From positions 3,286,001 to 3,350,000 of the forward strand of contig NC_088812.1 of the NCBI RefSeq assembly GCF_011386835.1: 64,000 bases of DNA, read 5' to 3'. This document shows positions 11,901 through 56,062 of the stretch, piece by piece. The notes beneath the pieces are model-generated. The model did no database searches. It was given only the letters and a program-made list of their open reading frames with translations, and was not told the DNA's origin. Source of the DNA: Chrysemys picta bellii (taxonomy: Eukaryota). Numbering within the stretch: the stretch's first letter is position 1; each line of letters opens with the position of its first letter. Both the position numbers and the translations under genes were made by a program.

Positions 11901-14900
11901 ACGATAGGGCCAAGATAGACGACCCCGAGGACACTAAGCCAGAGGTGAGTTGGGAGCTGCAGATCTCGGGATGGGCAGAGACTGGCACCATAATGCTAAT
12001 CATTTCTCCCCGCCCATGTGGCAGGTGGTGGGGGATAGCAGCTGCAGCTCTCGCTGTGTGTGGCTGGCTGGTGTGGACGGGGTAGTGGAGGGCAGGATAT
12101 CCATCAGAGCGAGGAGTTGGTGGAGAATCAATTCCTGACATCTGCCTGGTTCTCTTCCTCTGCCCCTCAGGATTGGGATAAGCCGGAGCACATTCCCGAC
12201 CCTGATGCCAAGAAGCCAGAGGACTGGGATGAGGAGATGGATGGGGAGTGGGAGCCTCCGGTGATCCAGAACCCAGAGTACAAGGTAAGGCTGGCCCACG
12301 GGCTGGGTCTGCAGCGGGGGTCTAGAGTGCCTGATTGTAAACTTGCATGAACGTCGTGGCCTTCTGTTGGTTGAGGAGCCGCAGCCCTGCTGCAGTCAGT
12401 GCTGAGTATCTGTGTACCCAGGGGATGAGGCCTGACACTCACCAGTTACTGCCTTGGAGTGACAAATGCACCCGTTAAGGTTTCCTGCCCTAGAGAAAGG
12501 CATGAACCCCCATAACACCTCTGTGCAGTGCCAAGGAGCATTCCCTTATTGGTGCCACCTCCAGCCCTCTGCAAGGGGATGGGCTTATGCCCTGAAGGGG
12601 GGAGATCAAGACTCTGGTAACTCCAAACTATTGTGGCAACACTGCACCAGTCTAATCCTCTTCACGCTGAGCTAGTCCTGGGTAAGGAGGGACTCTGGGA
12701 CCTACAAGGGCGGGCTGGGGAGCAGAGATTGAACAGACACGTTCCCTGGTTGGCACGTGGCTGCTCAGTCCTAGATACCAAGGCCAGAGGGGACCATTGC
12801 GATCCTCTAGTCACGTCTGACCTCCTGCCTAACGCAGGCCAGTGAACTGGCCTGCAGTAATTCCTAGGTCAGAGCTTCCGGGGAAAATCCCCAGTCTTGA
12901 TTTTAAAAACGGCCAGTGATGGAGAATCCACCATGGCCCTTGGTTCAGGGTTCCAGCACGGCGTGGGAAGAATCCATGGCATGCTAGCACTGGGCTCCCT
13001 CGATGGCAGCCTCAGCCCAGCCCAGCTGTAGGTGAGAGCCCTTGTGTTCCAACTCCCCCTAATAAAGTCTGGGCCTGTGATCCTCAGGGTGCCGTGTGCA
13101 CCGAGGGAGGCAGCCTGTCCCACTCCTACAGCCGCAATAGCTTCTGGCAGAGCTGGTGTCCCGAGGCCAGGCCCGTTCCCTGAACTTTCTCCCCCTGTAA
13201 GACCAGCTGCAATCCCTCTCCCCACTCGCTGGTTTCTCACCTGCTGTTCTCCTGCTCCCCAGGGGGAGTGGAAACCCCGCCAGATCGACAACCCTGACTA
13301 CAAAGGGAAGTGGGTGCACCCTGAGATCGACAACCCGGACTACACCCCCGACTCCAGCCTGTACTCCTACGACAGCTTCGGCGTCATCGGCTTGGATCTG
13401 TGGCAGGTGCGCTCCTCCCGAGAGGGCTGGCTGGGAGCAGGACTCACCAAGCTCTCTATCACATAGACCATGCCACCTTGCGCTGGGGTGGGAACTCGCC
13501 TTTAACTGGGGTCTGCTTCAGACCGAGCCCCAGCTGCATTAAAGTGCTGGGGTATCCAGTCTGAGACGGGGGGGCCTTGTGCCTGGCTGTGCTGCCCCCT
13601 GTTGGCAGATACCGTAACTCTCCCTCAGGGACTCCTGGCTCCTGTAAGTCTGAACGTGCTTCCCAAGCCAAAACAGATGCTTCTCTTGCCCAATCGGCCT
13701 CTGACTCTGAGCAGCATTAAGTTCTCTTCTGGGCAGGACTTGACTCTTAACCCTTGTCTTGCTGGCCGACAGCCCCCTCCCCTTCGCTTGGGGGGACATG
13801 GGCGAAGGGCGACCGGCTGCTCCCTGCTGCGCACTCACTGGCTCGCTGTCCTTTCAGGTGAAATCTGGCACCATCTTCGACAACTTCCTGATCACGGACG
13901 ACGAGAAGTTCGCAGAGGAGTTTGGCAATGAGACCTGGGGAGCCACCAAGGTAATGACTGTCCCGGGGAGCGCTCCTGCTCCTCCAGAAGTGATTTCCCC
14001 TGCCAGGACAAGTCCTCCTCCCTTTGGGTCAGCATGGGGGGCACCACCGCTCTGAGCCAGAGCCCATGACTGAGTCACCCCCTGAGCCGGAGGAAGGACC
14101 CGCAGCTGTTCAAGGGGCTCCACTGGGAATCCTAGTGCAGGGAAAGGCAAGCTGAGACCAGGGGCTTTGCAGCATCTCTTGGGCTGGGAGGGTGATGGGG
14201 CTGTTCCGTTCTAATGGGGCAGAGAAACACCTCAAACAATCTGCTGTGGAGGGGGAGAGGCTGGACAGTCCAACAAATGTTCTGAAACCTAAACCCTCTA
14301 ATCTAATGGCCGCCCATCCCCTCCGAGTGGAAAGGGGCTGTCAGGATGGGTCTATGGCTGAAGCAGGACTTCTGGCCTCTTCCACTGAGGTGCTGGGCAC
14401 ATCCCAACCGCTCCTGGCCTGAGTTTCCCTATCTGAGTGAGGCAAATCATCTTGCCAAGGCGTGAAGGTTTAAGGTGGTCTGAAGCTGTTCAGAGCATTG
14501 AGTAGAGTCCAGCCTCCTGGCCTACTCCGTTCCTTGCAGCTTCTCTCCTTCCTCCAGGTACTTATCTGAGCTCCTGGCCCAACCCAGCCCAATGGCAGTA
14601 TCCTCCCCCCTCGTGCTGATGGGGAAACTGAGGCACGGGCTTGCCAAAGGTTACCCAGGGAGTCTGGTAGAGCAGGGAATTAGAACCTGGGGCCCAGGCT
14701 AGCGCCCAAACCGCTCGCGCCATCTTCCTGCTCCCTTTTGGCTAACTCGTGTCGTCATCAATCTCCAGGATGCTGAGAAGAAAATGAAGGAGCAGCAGGA
14801 CGAGGAGCAGAGGAAGAAACAGGAGGAGGAGGACAAGAAGCGGAAAGAGGAAGAAGGGGACGAGGAGCCCGAAGGGGACGATAATGAGGAAGAGGAGGAC

Positions 14901-14969
14901 GATGACGATGATGAGCCGGAGAAGGAGGAAGAGGAGGAAACGGAGGGACCGCTGAAGGACGAGCTGTAA
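5962..14969 (+). CDS. CALR: Calreticulin, 9 coding exons: 5962-6049, 10346-10448, 11007-11210, 11540-11634, 11735-11944, 12171-12284, 13263-13406, 13858-13950, 14769-14969. As written, exon 2 has a +1 frameshift (see findings); corrected product is 416 aa.
   Basis: Signal peptide [16 protein letters not shown]; N-domain motifs ([35 protein letters not shown]); P-domain repeats ([38 protein letters not shown]); acidic C-tail ending KDEL-stop. All junctions are GT-AG, and exons 3-8 are 204/95/210/114/144/93 nt, as recalled for vertebrate CALR. Confidence 0.98.
6052..8170 (+). repeat. G-rich minisatellite, ~60-bp unit, roughly 30-35 copies, filling the 5' half of CALR intron 1
   Basis: Unit GGGAATGAAGGGGAGGTG(C/T)TGGGGGTCCCATGGGGTCAGGCTCCCCCTGCAGGAGATGGGGGGT, starting immediately after the exon 1 donor. 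Confidence 0.97.
12765..12960 (-). mobile_element. CR1 3'-end fragment in CALR intron 6
   Basis: Matches the CR1 3' segment at 2560-2720 (aaggccagag..., ccagtgatggagaatccacca). Confidence 0.7.
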
Positions 14970-16080
14970 AAAGCCGTTCCCACAGCACCGCTCCTCCGCT
15001 GAGCCTCACCTTTGGCCCACACCATGGGGCTCGCTTGGTTAAACCCAAATAAGGAGAGGGGGAGGGGATACAGTAATGTCTCTATGAGACTTGAACTTTT
15101 TTTATTGGTGTTTTGTTTGTGGTTTGTTTTTTATTTCACATGCCCCCAATGCCATCAAGGATCCAGTCATGTGAGTCCAGGTCTGGGCCCTGCAGTGTAT
15201 GAATGTATGCTAAGGTTAACTGTAGAAACGTAACCCTTGGCTCAGACAGGAACAGCAGCAGCAACTACTCTTAATGGTGGCTGGCTTCTCTCCTGGCTCC
15301 TGTCCTCCAGATGCTCTGCAAAGGGATATGTAGGAAGCAGCGAACCACTTGCCCTCCTTCCCCAGTCACCTGCCCTGCCCCATCCCTTCTCACACGAAGC
15401 AGATTCCAACCCCTGCTCCCATGTCAGTGACCTGAGTGGGCGGGATGGTAGGGTTGGCTTTTCCTCCATCCTAGCACAGCTTTGGTGAACCAAGGGGTTG
15501 GAATCTACTAGACTGCAGTATTATGCCTCATTTTCAGCAGTCTGTTCTCCCAGGGAACTGTCCAGCTGTGGGGGGAGCTCCTGCTTAAAATGAGTGGATG
15601 GATCCATGTCCCACTATGTTGCTGCTGCATTGTTTGACAATTGAAGCGGCTGTCCAAACTAGATCCACAGTTGAACAGAAAGTGCTTTTAACAGCTCAGA
15701 CTAAGTGGGATGTGTAACTAAGCAATTTCCTCCCCTTTCTTTGGACTCTAAAGCAAACATCTGTAGTTCCTTGATCTTCTGTAACATGCCTGACACCTCG
15801 GGAATCCCCTTGGAAACTGCATAGAGCTATTGTGGAGGGGAAATGGGGCACGGGCTAGAATGACGAGAATGTTCTTTTGGTGAGGGAGGTCACAGAATGC
15901 TGGGGTGGGGGGAGCCTGGTGGACAGAATGGGGGTTGGTAGAGGGTAAGGGAGCAGGATATGGAGTCCAAGCTTCTAACTACTCTGAACTGTATTGTGGG
16001 TGGGAGTGAAGGGCAGCGGTAGGGGTTCAGAGACTTCTCATGTTCACACTTGAATGTATGAATGATTGAAGAAAATTTCT

Positions 16081-16086
16081 ATTAAA
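16081..16086 (+). terminator. Candidate CALR polyadenylation signal (ATTAAA)
   Basis: ATTAAA about 1.1 kb after the CALR stop codon, in an AT-rich patch followed by U/GU-rich sequence. No AATAAA was seen between the stop and this site. Confidence 0.5.
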
Positions 16087-16704
16087 TTAAATTTCATGTC
16101 TAACCTCTGGCCTGGTTTCCATAGGGTCTCTTATCTGAGTGGTGTGCAGTCACTTCCGCTGGGGGGAACCAGAGTAGTAGCTAAACCAATCACTTAATAT
16201 ACTCCAGCAAGGCTTTTTAGCTATCTAGCAGCGGTATAGCAATTGTAAAAAGAGAGCAATGGTCTCGGGTGCAGGCCCCCCCCCCCCCCCCCCCCCCCCC
16301 CCGAGATACACCATCCACATTTCAAGTGGGAAGACACAGCCCCCCTCTGGTTTAGCCCCTCTGCCCTCTAGGGCTGGAAGGACTAAAGTGAGTGGCCGTG
16401 TGACCCTGCCCTGTGCACCAGCTCACAAAACTGCTTTGCGGGCAGGAGCTTGATGGCTTTTGGGGGCCCAAGGGGGCCAGTCGGTTGGGAGATGGGCAAT
16501 AGGCTGCCACGGAGCCAGGTGCTGGCTAAGGAAGGAGCCAGGCCCCCGCCCCTCGGTCCTGCTGTATAGTGGAGGATCAGTGCGGCTTAGCCCGCGGAGT
16601 CTCAGGGGTGGCTGTGGGGGCCACCGCTCTGCTGAGACTTCATGACCAACTTAAAAGAGTTGACAGGTACAGCCCAGGCAGGGTGACCAGACAGCAAGTG
16701 TGGG

Positions 16705-16735
<31 letters not shown>

Positions 16736-16849
16736 GGGGATAGGAGCCTAGATAAGAAAAGCCCCCAACCTGGGGCCTGGCCCTAGGGCAGCCGGTCCCC
16801 ATCTGGCCTAGCCCCCGCGCTGCATGGGGGGCGCAGGGCCGGGCCTGGA

Positions 16850-17183
16850 GCGGGGCGGGCGGGGGAGTCACGGGCCGCGCTGCCCGCTGGGAGCGGCGGG
16901 GCTCCCGGGCCAAGCGCTCAGCCATGTTAGCCCGCCGGGGCGGCCATTTTGTGTCCCCCCCGTCACGTGATCGCCCCAGTTCCCCTCACGCGGGTGCCTC
17001 GCGCCCCCCCCCCCCCGTCACGTGATGCAGGCCCGCGCTTGCCCCTGTCACGTGCCGGGCCCGCGCCCTGGCCGGGGCCGGAAGCGGCGGGGCGCTAAGA
17101 TGGCGGCGGCGTGAGTTGCATGTTGTGGGGCTGCCGAGTCCGTTGGGAAGAAGCGTCCGCCCGGCGCGCCCCGCCCGCCCGCC
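16850..17183 (+). promoter_or_regulatory. RAD23A TATA-less CpG-island promoter and 5' UTR
   Basis: YY1-type GCGGCCATTTTG (16940-16951) and AAGATGGCGGC (17098-17108); three GTCACGTG E-boxes (16962, 17017, 17047); ETS site CCGGAAG (17078); dense CpG. Confidence 0.8.
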
Positions 17184-31467
<14,284 letters not shown>

Positions 31468-34400
31468 TGCAAGGAAAAAGGAAGAAAAAAATTTTATATA
31501 TAAAAAAAATTCTCTCTATCTATTCCTGTCTATTTAAGGGGTATGTGGGAGAGACCCCAAATCCCCCCCCAACCCGCCCCCCATCCAGATTGAACCAGCC
31601 CGGCCTTCTGGCTCGAGGAAATGCTCTTTTCCCTCCTCCCCATGGAACTGGACAGCTGGGGATTGAGCAGCAGAACCAGCCCCTCATCTCAGCCCTCCTC
31701 CCCCCAGCGCCCGTGCCGTGGGTGAGTTCAGCTGCGCCCCTCTCCTGCACGGTGCTCGCTCTGGGGCAGGGAGAAGGGATTTGGGGCTGGTAGAGGGGGG
31801 CTGTGGGCTCCTCGCCCAGCCCAGCCCAAAACTTGTGTGCAGACAGATTGCTTTGTTGTGGAGATGACCAGCCCCTGTGGACAGGCTGAGGTACTCCACT
31901 TCCATCCATCACCCAGTCTCCTTTAATGTCCCTTCCCCAGCCCCAGTTTCTGCCACTGTCCAGCCAACAGCCAGTGTTAGACCCTGTCTATCCCCCTTCA
32001 GACCTCACAGATCACAGCGGGCCCACCCCGCTCCCCAGCCTGTTGTGTTGGGGTTGGTTTTGCCTGCATAGACGAGGCTAAACCATGTCGCTAGTCTGGA
32101 TCCGTGCTGAGCAGAGCACGGACCCCTGCTCCTAGCCTAGGCCATGTTTAAACCAACCGCCCTCCGCTAGCAGTTCCCTCCAGCTCCCTTTTAATCTCTT
32201 GGGTACGGCTTGACGATCAGGGAGGTTTGAGAACTGGCTTCCTGGGAGCCCAACCTATTTTTAAGAACCCAGCTGCCCTGGCATCGTCCCGCCCTCCCTG
32301 CGAGGCGTGCATCGAAACTCTGCGCTGGCTCTCAGCCGCGCGGCGGAAGGCGAGGGGTGGGTGCTGCCTGCGAACAGTCCGTGCTGAGCCGGGCCAGGGC
32401 TGCCATGAAAAGACAGCGCTGAAGCAATGCTGCCAGCGAGAGCAGGGTTGCGGTGTTTCGCCCTCAGACGTCGGCGCCTGGGCTGTGCCGAGGGAGATGG
32501 AAAGCCATTAAACCCCTGCCTGCCCTTAAAGAATCTTTTTTAAATTACCCCTGCAGATCAACCCCTTCCTCCACTTGTTTTAAGCCCTGTTTCCAATTCG
32601 ATTGTAGTTTTAAGGGAACCAAAAAACAGGGTGTCTTTAACCTTGATTTTCTCCTCCTTGTGGGATTTAAAAAATACAGATTTATTAGATCAAAATCTAT
32701 TTATTTGAAACAGGGCAACTTTTACCCCCTTCACCCTGGTAATTTAAAAATCCGATTCCACTCCCCTTGAAATGCAGATGTGCTCTGACCCACCTCCCAA
32801 AAGATCAGATTAAAATCCACCATCATCCCACCTCCTCCCTGCTATTTTAATGCCAACGAGATGGTGTTTAATTAAACGCCTGAAATGCCCAATTTACTCT
32901 TGGATCTAAACATCCCTGCAGCTCTAGTGTATTCTGGCTTATCTGATTTTTCTAGATCATCATACCCGTTTCTGCGTCTCTATTTCCTTTTCTGTCTCAT
33001 GCCCCAAAAACCTTAACGCCCCTTTGAAGTAACTCCTGATTTTTCTGAGCCATTCTGTTGCATACGAATCTTGGCTTGGGCTCGCTTTCCCCAGCGTGCA
33101 GTTGCAAAGAGAACAGAGTATTTGCCTCTAAAGTAAATCCTGAAGCCATAAATAACTTCTAAGTTCCATGATATTGCAGAGTAGCTGTGACTTTAAGGGG
33201 GTGGGAACATGGGTTCCAAAGTGGGTGGGGACAAGCGTTTGATAGGCCCACATTCTTAGCTACGCCTCAAGTGAATAGCGTCCATTGGTTAGATCCAGGC
33301 CTTGCCTTGTGGCCACAATTCCATCTTAAAGGAGCAGTGTCCTAGCATTTGCAGTTTATTTTGAGGTTGGTTTGTTTTCTTGGTTGTACTTATAAATGTT
33401 CCTAAGCAGCCGCGGGGTCTGTGCCTGCTAACCAGGGGCTCGATCAAACTCTGGGGGTGGAGATGGCAGAGGGGATAGATTTGATGGCGCAGTAGGTAAA
33501 AAGGGGAGGAGTGGGGGTTGGGATGGAAGGATTACATGCAAATTTAAAACCAAAAGAGGGTGGTTCTTACCCACCCACTGCGTGGGGTGGGGAAAGCGGG
33601 GCTGGGGTGGGTTCTGGAATTTGGCCTCCCCACCACACCCCAGCCTCGTCAGTCAGACCTGCCGTTTCGGGTGGCACCGCTCCCCCCTTGCCTGGCACCG
33701 CTCCTGCGGCAGCTTTGTTGCGCCTGTTAATTTAGCAGCAGGTTTCGAGGCCCCAGGGGAGCCGCGGGAGGTTGGCCTCGAACGCTGGGGCGGGGCTGGA
33801 GTCTCAGGCTCCGTCTATGCTGAAAACGCTGCTCGAGCTCTTCAGAATAGACTCTCGCTCCAGTGCTGGGAGTTAATCCACTTCCCGGAGAGGCGGCAGC
33901 TCAGCCCGGGGCAGGATTCGTCCACAGGTCGAGACCCCGGCTCAACTCTGGCTCCCGGGGGCGTGGGTTTTTCAGTCCCCTGCGAGATGTAGGTGTGGCC
34001 ATGTAAATTGTCAGCATAGACCAGCCCTCAAGGCCCCCATGCTGCTGATTTAACAGAATGGTGGGGGGGGGGTCCCCTAAATTTCCCAGCAGCCTTAGGG
34101 GAAGGTGCTTCGGCTGGCTGGTCAAGCTCGAGGGTCCGGCCTGATTTGTTTCAATCTTGAGCTGGTCAGCTGTAGCCTGAACTGAGCGGGGTGATGGGTA
34201 ACCAGGCAGGGTCTGGGGAATGAAGCAGGCCTGGCCCCTGGGTGTAGATTTCCCCCCCTAGCTTTCAGTCCCGCCAGGCGGCCGGCCTCCCTCTCCCTGT
34301 CGAGGCTGAAACCGCTGTTTCACACCCACTGTTTTTGGGGTGCTATGAATGGAATGTGAAATAAACGAGCTGCCCCCGCCACTCGCTGACGAGGACGGGT

Positions 34401-35649
34401 CGAACCTCCCGAAAGCTACCGTCTCCGGCCTGTTCTTTCTAACCCGCGCCTGGGGGAAGCTGCGGGCGGCCGGGGGAGGGGAGAGCTCGTTTAATGCGCA
34501 GAATAATTGAGTGTGGATGATTAAACATGCCTGTGCTGGGAGGGGATGGGTTGGCCCCAGGAGCATGGATCTCTTCCCCAGGGCCAGCTAGTCCGGTAGC
34601 GCCCGTGTGCCTCGCTTCACCCTGTGTGTGTGTGTCCCTGGGTTGTGTTTGTGGTTGCCAGGCGCGGGAGGAGCTTGGAGACCGTTACCACAGGAACGAG
34701 GCCTAGCTCCTGGGGCTGGAGCCGTGGGACAGGGTAATAGGGTTTTCTCTAGGGTTGTTCACCCCTCAACGCCTCTTACAGCAGCCTGGCTGGATGGCTT
34801 CGCTGGCTGCTGGAACGCAGCTGCCTCGGGCTGGGGTGCAGGGAGCCCTCGCCCAGGGCTGAAATGCAGCCACCTCTGGGTTGGGCCTGGGGGCTGAGTC
34901 ATTTCATGCACCCTGGAGGCAGCTGACGTGAGCCGAGGGCCCTGGCTAACCTACGAGGGCCTAGCCCAAGCCCAGCTGGTTCCGCGCCCGCCAGGCCCCA
35001 CCAGTGGGGCCCGCTCAGCAGGGGCCGGGCTTGCAGGGCCGGGCGGGCCCAGAAAGCAGGTTTGGCCACATTTGTGCAAAGCAGCTGGGGTCGGCGCAAG
35101 GCCACATGAGGGCAGCCGTGTCCCTCTGCGGCCGGCAGGAGCTGCTGTCGGCTCCAGGACCGGGGCGCTGGCGCCCTTTCCAGCAGTTCCCGTTCCTGGG
35201 CAGATCTGCAATGTATTAGTTACACCCCCCTAGCACTAAGGAGCCCCACAAAAATTGGGGGCTCCCCCATTGTGCCATATGCACAGACTCCGACCGGGAT
35301 TGGGGCCCCCATGGGCTGGGCGCTGCCCAGACCCTGAGTTGGGCCGGACGCTGCACTGACACCCCGTGAGAACTGTCCCTGCCCCATAAACCTCTCAGTC
35401 TCAATAGATAAAGGGGGGCGGGGGAAACTGAGGCACAGAGCTGGGGTGGGACTGGCCCAGGGTCATGCAGGGAGTCTGTGGAGGCGCTGGGACTCAAAGT
35501 GAGATCTCCAGAGTCCCTGCCCAGGCCCCACTCACACAACGCGCTGCCAAAGCGCTAGGCTGGAAGCGTCTGTCACCCCAGCAAGGGGCAGATTGGTGTA
35601 AAGGCGGATGGGCTCTGCCCCCCCCCCCCCCCCCCGAGCTCAGGCTGGG

Positions 35650-36085
35650 GGATGACAGGTGAGTCCCGGCCCCCCAGGGCCAGATCCCTGCCTGGGGGGG
35701 CCCGGCCAGGTGAGTCCCGGTACCCGAGGCCGGATCCCTGCCTGGGGGGGCCCGGCCAGGTGAATCCCAAGGCCGGATCCCTGCCTGGGGGGGCCCGGCC
35801 AGGTGAGTCCCGAGGCCGGATCCCTGCTGGGGGGGCCCGGCCAGGTGAGTCCCGAGGCCGGATCCCTGCTGGGGGGGGCCCGGCCAGGTGAGTCCCGAGG
35901 CCGGATCCCTGCTGGGGGGGCCCGGCCAGGTGAGTCCCGAGGCCGGATCCCTGCTGGGGGGGGCCCGGCCAGGTGAGTCTCGAGGCCGGATCCCTGCCTG
36001 GGGGGGGGGGGCCGGCCAGGTGAGTCCTGGTACCCGTGGCCGGATCCCTGCCTGGGGGGCCCGGCCAGGTGAGTCCTGGCACCTG
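35650..36085 (+). repeat. 42-51-bp CpG-rich tandem repeat, 10 units, each carrying CAGGTGA(G/A)T, upstream of the TTC39A-like ATG
   Basis: CAGGTGAGT at 35656, 35707, 35800, 35842, 35885, 35927, 35970, 36017 and 36066; CAGGTGAAT at 35757. Confidence 0.93.
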
Positions 36086-36177
36086 CAGGGCGGAGCCGCC
36101 TCCTTCCCCGCCCCCGCCGGGCCCCGGCCGCACATTCCTCCAGAGCCGCTTCCTGCTCCCGGCTGGACCGGACCGTC

Positions 36178-53309
<17,132 letters not shown>

Positions 53310-53718
53310 AGAACTGCCCCCCCCAGGCAAGAAGGGGGGGGGCCGCGGGACTCTGGGGGGTGGCATCACCTGTCCAGCCCCTACCGAAGGGAACCTGCAC
53401 TTTCAATGAAGCCAAATTGACTTAACCCTTCCTGCGCCGCTCTGCTCCCCAGAGCGACGTCTTTGTCAGCAAAGGCGGAGTCTGGAGGGGGGGGGCATCT
53501 GTGGGCGTGTGCCCACAGCACCAGGGGGTACCACTGTGATAAATAAGGGGCGGGGAGGCAGAGCTGGACCCTGAGGGAGAGTGCCGCAGGATGAGCCGGC
53601 CCTTTAAAGCTGAACCCAAATACCCTTAAAGGGCCAGCTCACCCTGCGATGCCCACCCAATTCCTAGTTTCCTAGGATAAGGGCTAACCACGCCCCCCTC
53701 TGCCCCCCCAACACTTTC

Positions 53719-53724
53719 ATTAAA
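53719..53724 (+). terminator. Candidate TTC39A-like polyadenylation signal (ATTAAA)
   Basis: ATTAAA about 410 nt after the stop codon with GU-rich sequence downstream. An AATAAA at 55326-55331 is a distal alternative. Confidence 0.45.
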
Positions 53725-55849
53725 CTAAGTTGCGACTAGTCGCTTGTGGAGGTGCCGATCGCTGTACGGAGCACGGTAAGTGCTGTGCTGTTTGTTCCCT
53801 TGCTGGTTTCCCTGGTCCAGCTGCAACCTCCGTAGCCACAGGTCCCTCGGCCCTCCACGGTCCCCCCCCACCCGGTTCTGGTCCCCCGGGACCAGCTGGC
53901 TCCATCCCCCCGTGTAGGAATTGGAGACACGGGGGAAAGATCCCTCCAGCTCCGCCCTGACCCAGTGCCTTGCCAAGAGCTGGACGGGGGGTCTCTTGCC
54001 GTCATCGCTGAGATCCTGTTTGGGGACGATCCTGGGGACCCGGGACCTGTCGCTGCCTCCAGCGCTGGCAGGCGATTTTTTTAAACGCAGCGGTGGCCTT
54101 GTTTTTATATTTCCGCCTCTTCTCTTTTGGTCCGGAAATTCAGGTCTCCCGCGAAGGCCGTGGGCTCAGGAGTCTTGTAGTTAAAAGGGCCGAATCCTAC
54201 GGCCGGTTCTTAGTGTGTTTTTAATAAGGTGGGCAGCCTCTGATCCACGTCCCCCTTTGACAAATGGGGAAACTGAGGCAACATGGCCTGCAACTTTGAA
54301 CCAAGGACGCCAAAGGGGGAAACTGGGACTCCAACGCAGATCTCTTGCGGCCGGGTGCTTTTAGGTAGAAAATCCTCTGTCACCATTTCGCTCAGTCCAC
54401 TCTGGCCTTGTCTAGATTAAAGTCCCACCGGCTACACTTTGATCTGAGCTACCGAAATCAGCGCGAGAGACTCCGGTTTAAGCTGGGTTTCTTTGGGTTT
54501 CGTTGAGCGGCTTGTCTAAACACAGAAGTTGGGCAACTTTAACCGACATTGGTTTAGTACAACCGGTGCATCTTTGTGTGTAGATGCTCTGGGATGGAAT
54601 AAAGGGGGATCCCCACAATGCACAGCAGCTGCCCCACAAGCCATGTGGCCGCGGGAGGATGCTGGGATGCGTACCCATGATGCACTGGGCTGTTTGCCAA
54701 GAGAGCTCTGCTGGGCGGGCGAGGCGCTGGCAGAAAGGTGTGAGGTTGAATGCACTCGAGTGGGGAGGTGCCCGTCCAGGAGCTTGTGCTGGTTTCACGA
54801 CAGATCTGAAATGCACGTCGTTATCCCGGTGCAGTTTTCAGCGCAGACAGACCCTCAGTGAAACAGATGCAACTGTCCATGTAATCGGGCCTGAGTTCAT
54901 TAGGGACAGATTTAAGCTAAACCAAAATAAGCGTCCACAGGGGCTTGCGTTGGTTGAATTGAATCAGTTGCTTTTAAACCCAGTCACAGCTACAAGGGTG
55001 CACGTTCGAATAGACAGGCCCTGGTAGGGACAGTGCTGCTACTGGGGCCAGAGCAAGGAGTGCACGATTTCCCCGTGACAAGGAGACAGCTGGTTTTACC
55101 CCCACTCCACGTGTGAATGTCTAACCCCAGAACAGAGCTAGCGGGAGAAGAAACACCCATCGCGAGGTGGCTGTAGTGAAGGGGTGATGGGACTTTCTTT
55201 ACATGAACAATTGGTTAAGTGATGGACGTTTGGGATCTGTGCGGAGGAATCTTCTTTTAAAATCGAATTGGGCTCCGGCGAGAATTTGAATACATTTTAA
55301 TTCTGGAGGCGATGTTAAAAAAAAAAATAAAGATGTTTAATTTGTATTCCAGGGTGTTGGATATTTTTTAATCCTGCTGCAAAAATGTTTGGGGCACCCT
55401 TCAATATATGGAACTCTGCCCCCTGTTGGTTTTATTTAGGATGCGGCTTTGCCCAGGGGCCTGATATTAGGGTGCTGTGTGTGTTGATCTCCACTGATTC
55501 AGCTGAATTCAGGCCCATAGGAAATGCCAGGTCAGCACCACCTGCTGTGGAGGCGGGTGCAGGACACCTCCCAGTAGGTAATGATGGGCTATCCAGCCCA
55601 TGGGGCAATTTCTCCCTAACCCAGCCAATAAGAGGGTCAACTTATGCCTTGAATCTATAACCCTAATGTTTTTGTATCTTGTCTAATGTAACTGCAACTG
55701 TTCTTATCCTCTGCATAATGATCACCTTTTTTGCATACTGATAAAATCTTGGGCCCAATATCATGTGGCGGTGGGTTCCGCAGGCCAAAGGCACCTTATG
55801 TACAAATAAGTATTGCTGGGGGGGGGGGATTTAGATGTGCTGAGCCGGG

Positions 55850-56062
55850 AGGCAGTGTGGCCTAGTGGGAAGAGCAATGCTGTGTCCTGAGAGAACTGGC
55901 TTCTATTCCCCAGCTCTGCCACTGGCCTCCTGGGTGACTTTAGGCAAGTCACAGTCACTGGTCTGTGCCTCAGTTTCCCCACTCTGTAAAATAGGGCTAG
56001 TGCTACTGACCACCTTTGGAAAGTGCTTTGAGACCTACTGATGAAGCACTAGGGATTATCAT
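55850..56062 (+). mobile_element. MIR-type (CORE) SINE
   Basis: ggcagtgtggcctagtgg...ttctattcccagctctgccact...ctgtgcctcagtttcccc.ctctgtaaaatagg...aagtgctttgaga. Further MIR fragments lie at about 5170-5290(-), 14600-14700(-), 19395-19610, 23030-23140, 23875-23940(-), 35320-35530(-), 57600-57820 and 58951-59140. Confidence 0.8.

Noticed and set aside
14788-14956. Arg-rich alternative frame of CALR exon 9, reminiscent of human myeloproliferative CALR mutants
   Set aside because: It is the automatic by-product of an acidic GAG/GAC-rich exon. Exon 9 is intact here and ends in KDEL.
16276-16739. Long C27 and G21 homopolymer runs
   Set aside because: These are common in GC-rich reptile sequence, their lengths are unreliable in long-read consensus, and no function can be inferred.
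53732-53743. 12-bp palindrome GCGACTAGTCGC just after the candidate poly(A) signal
   Set aside because: It is too short to distinguish from chance in 64 kb and has no supporting context.
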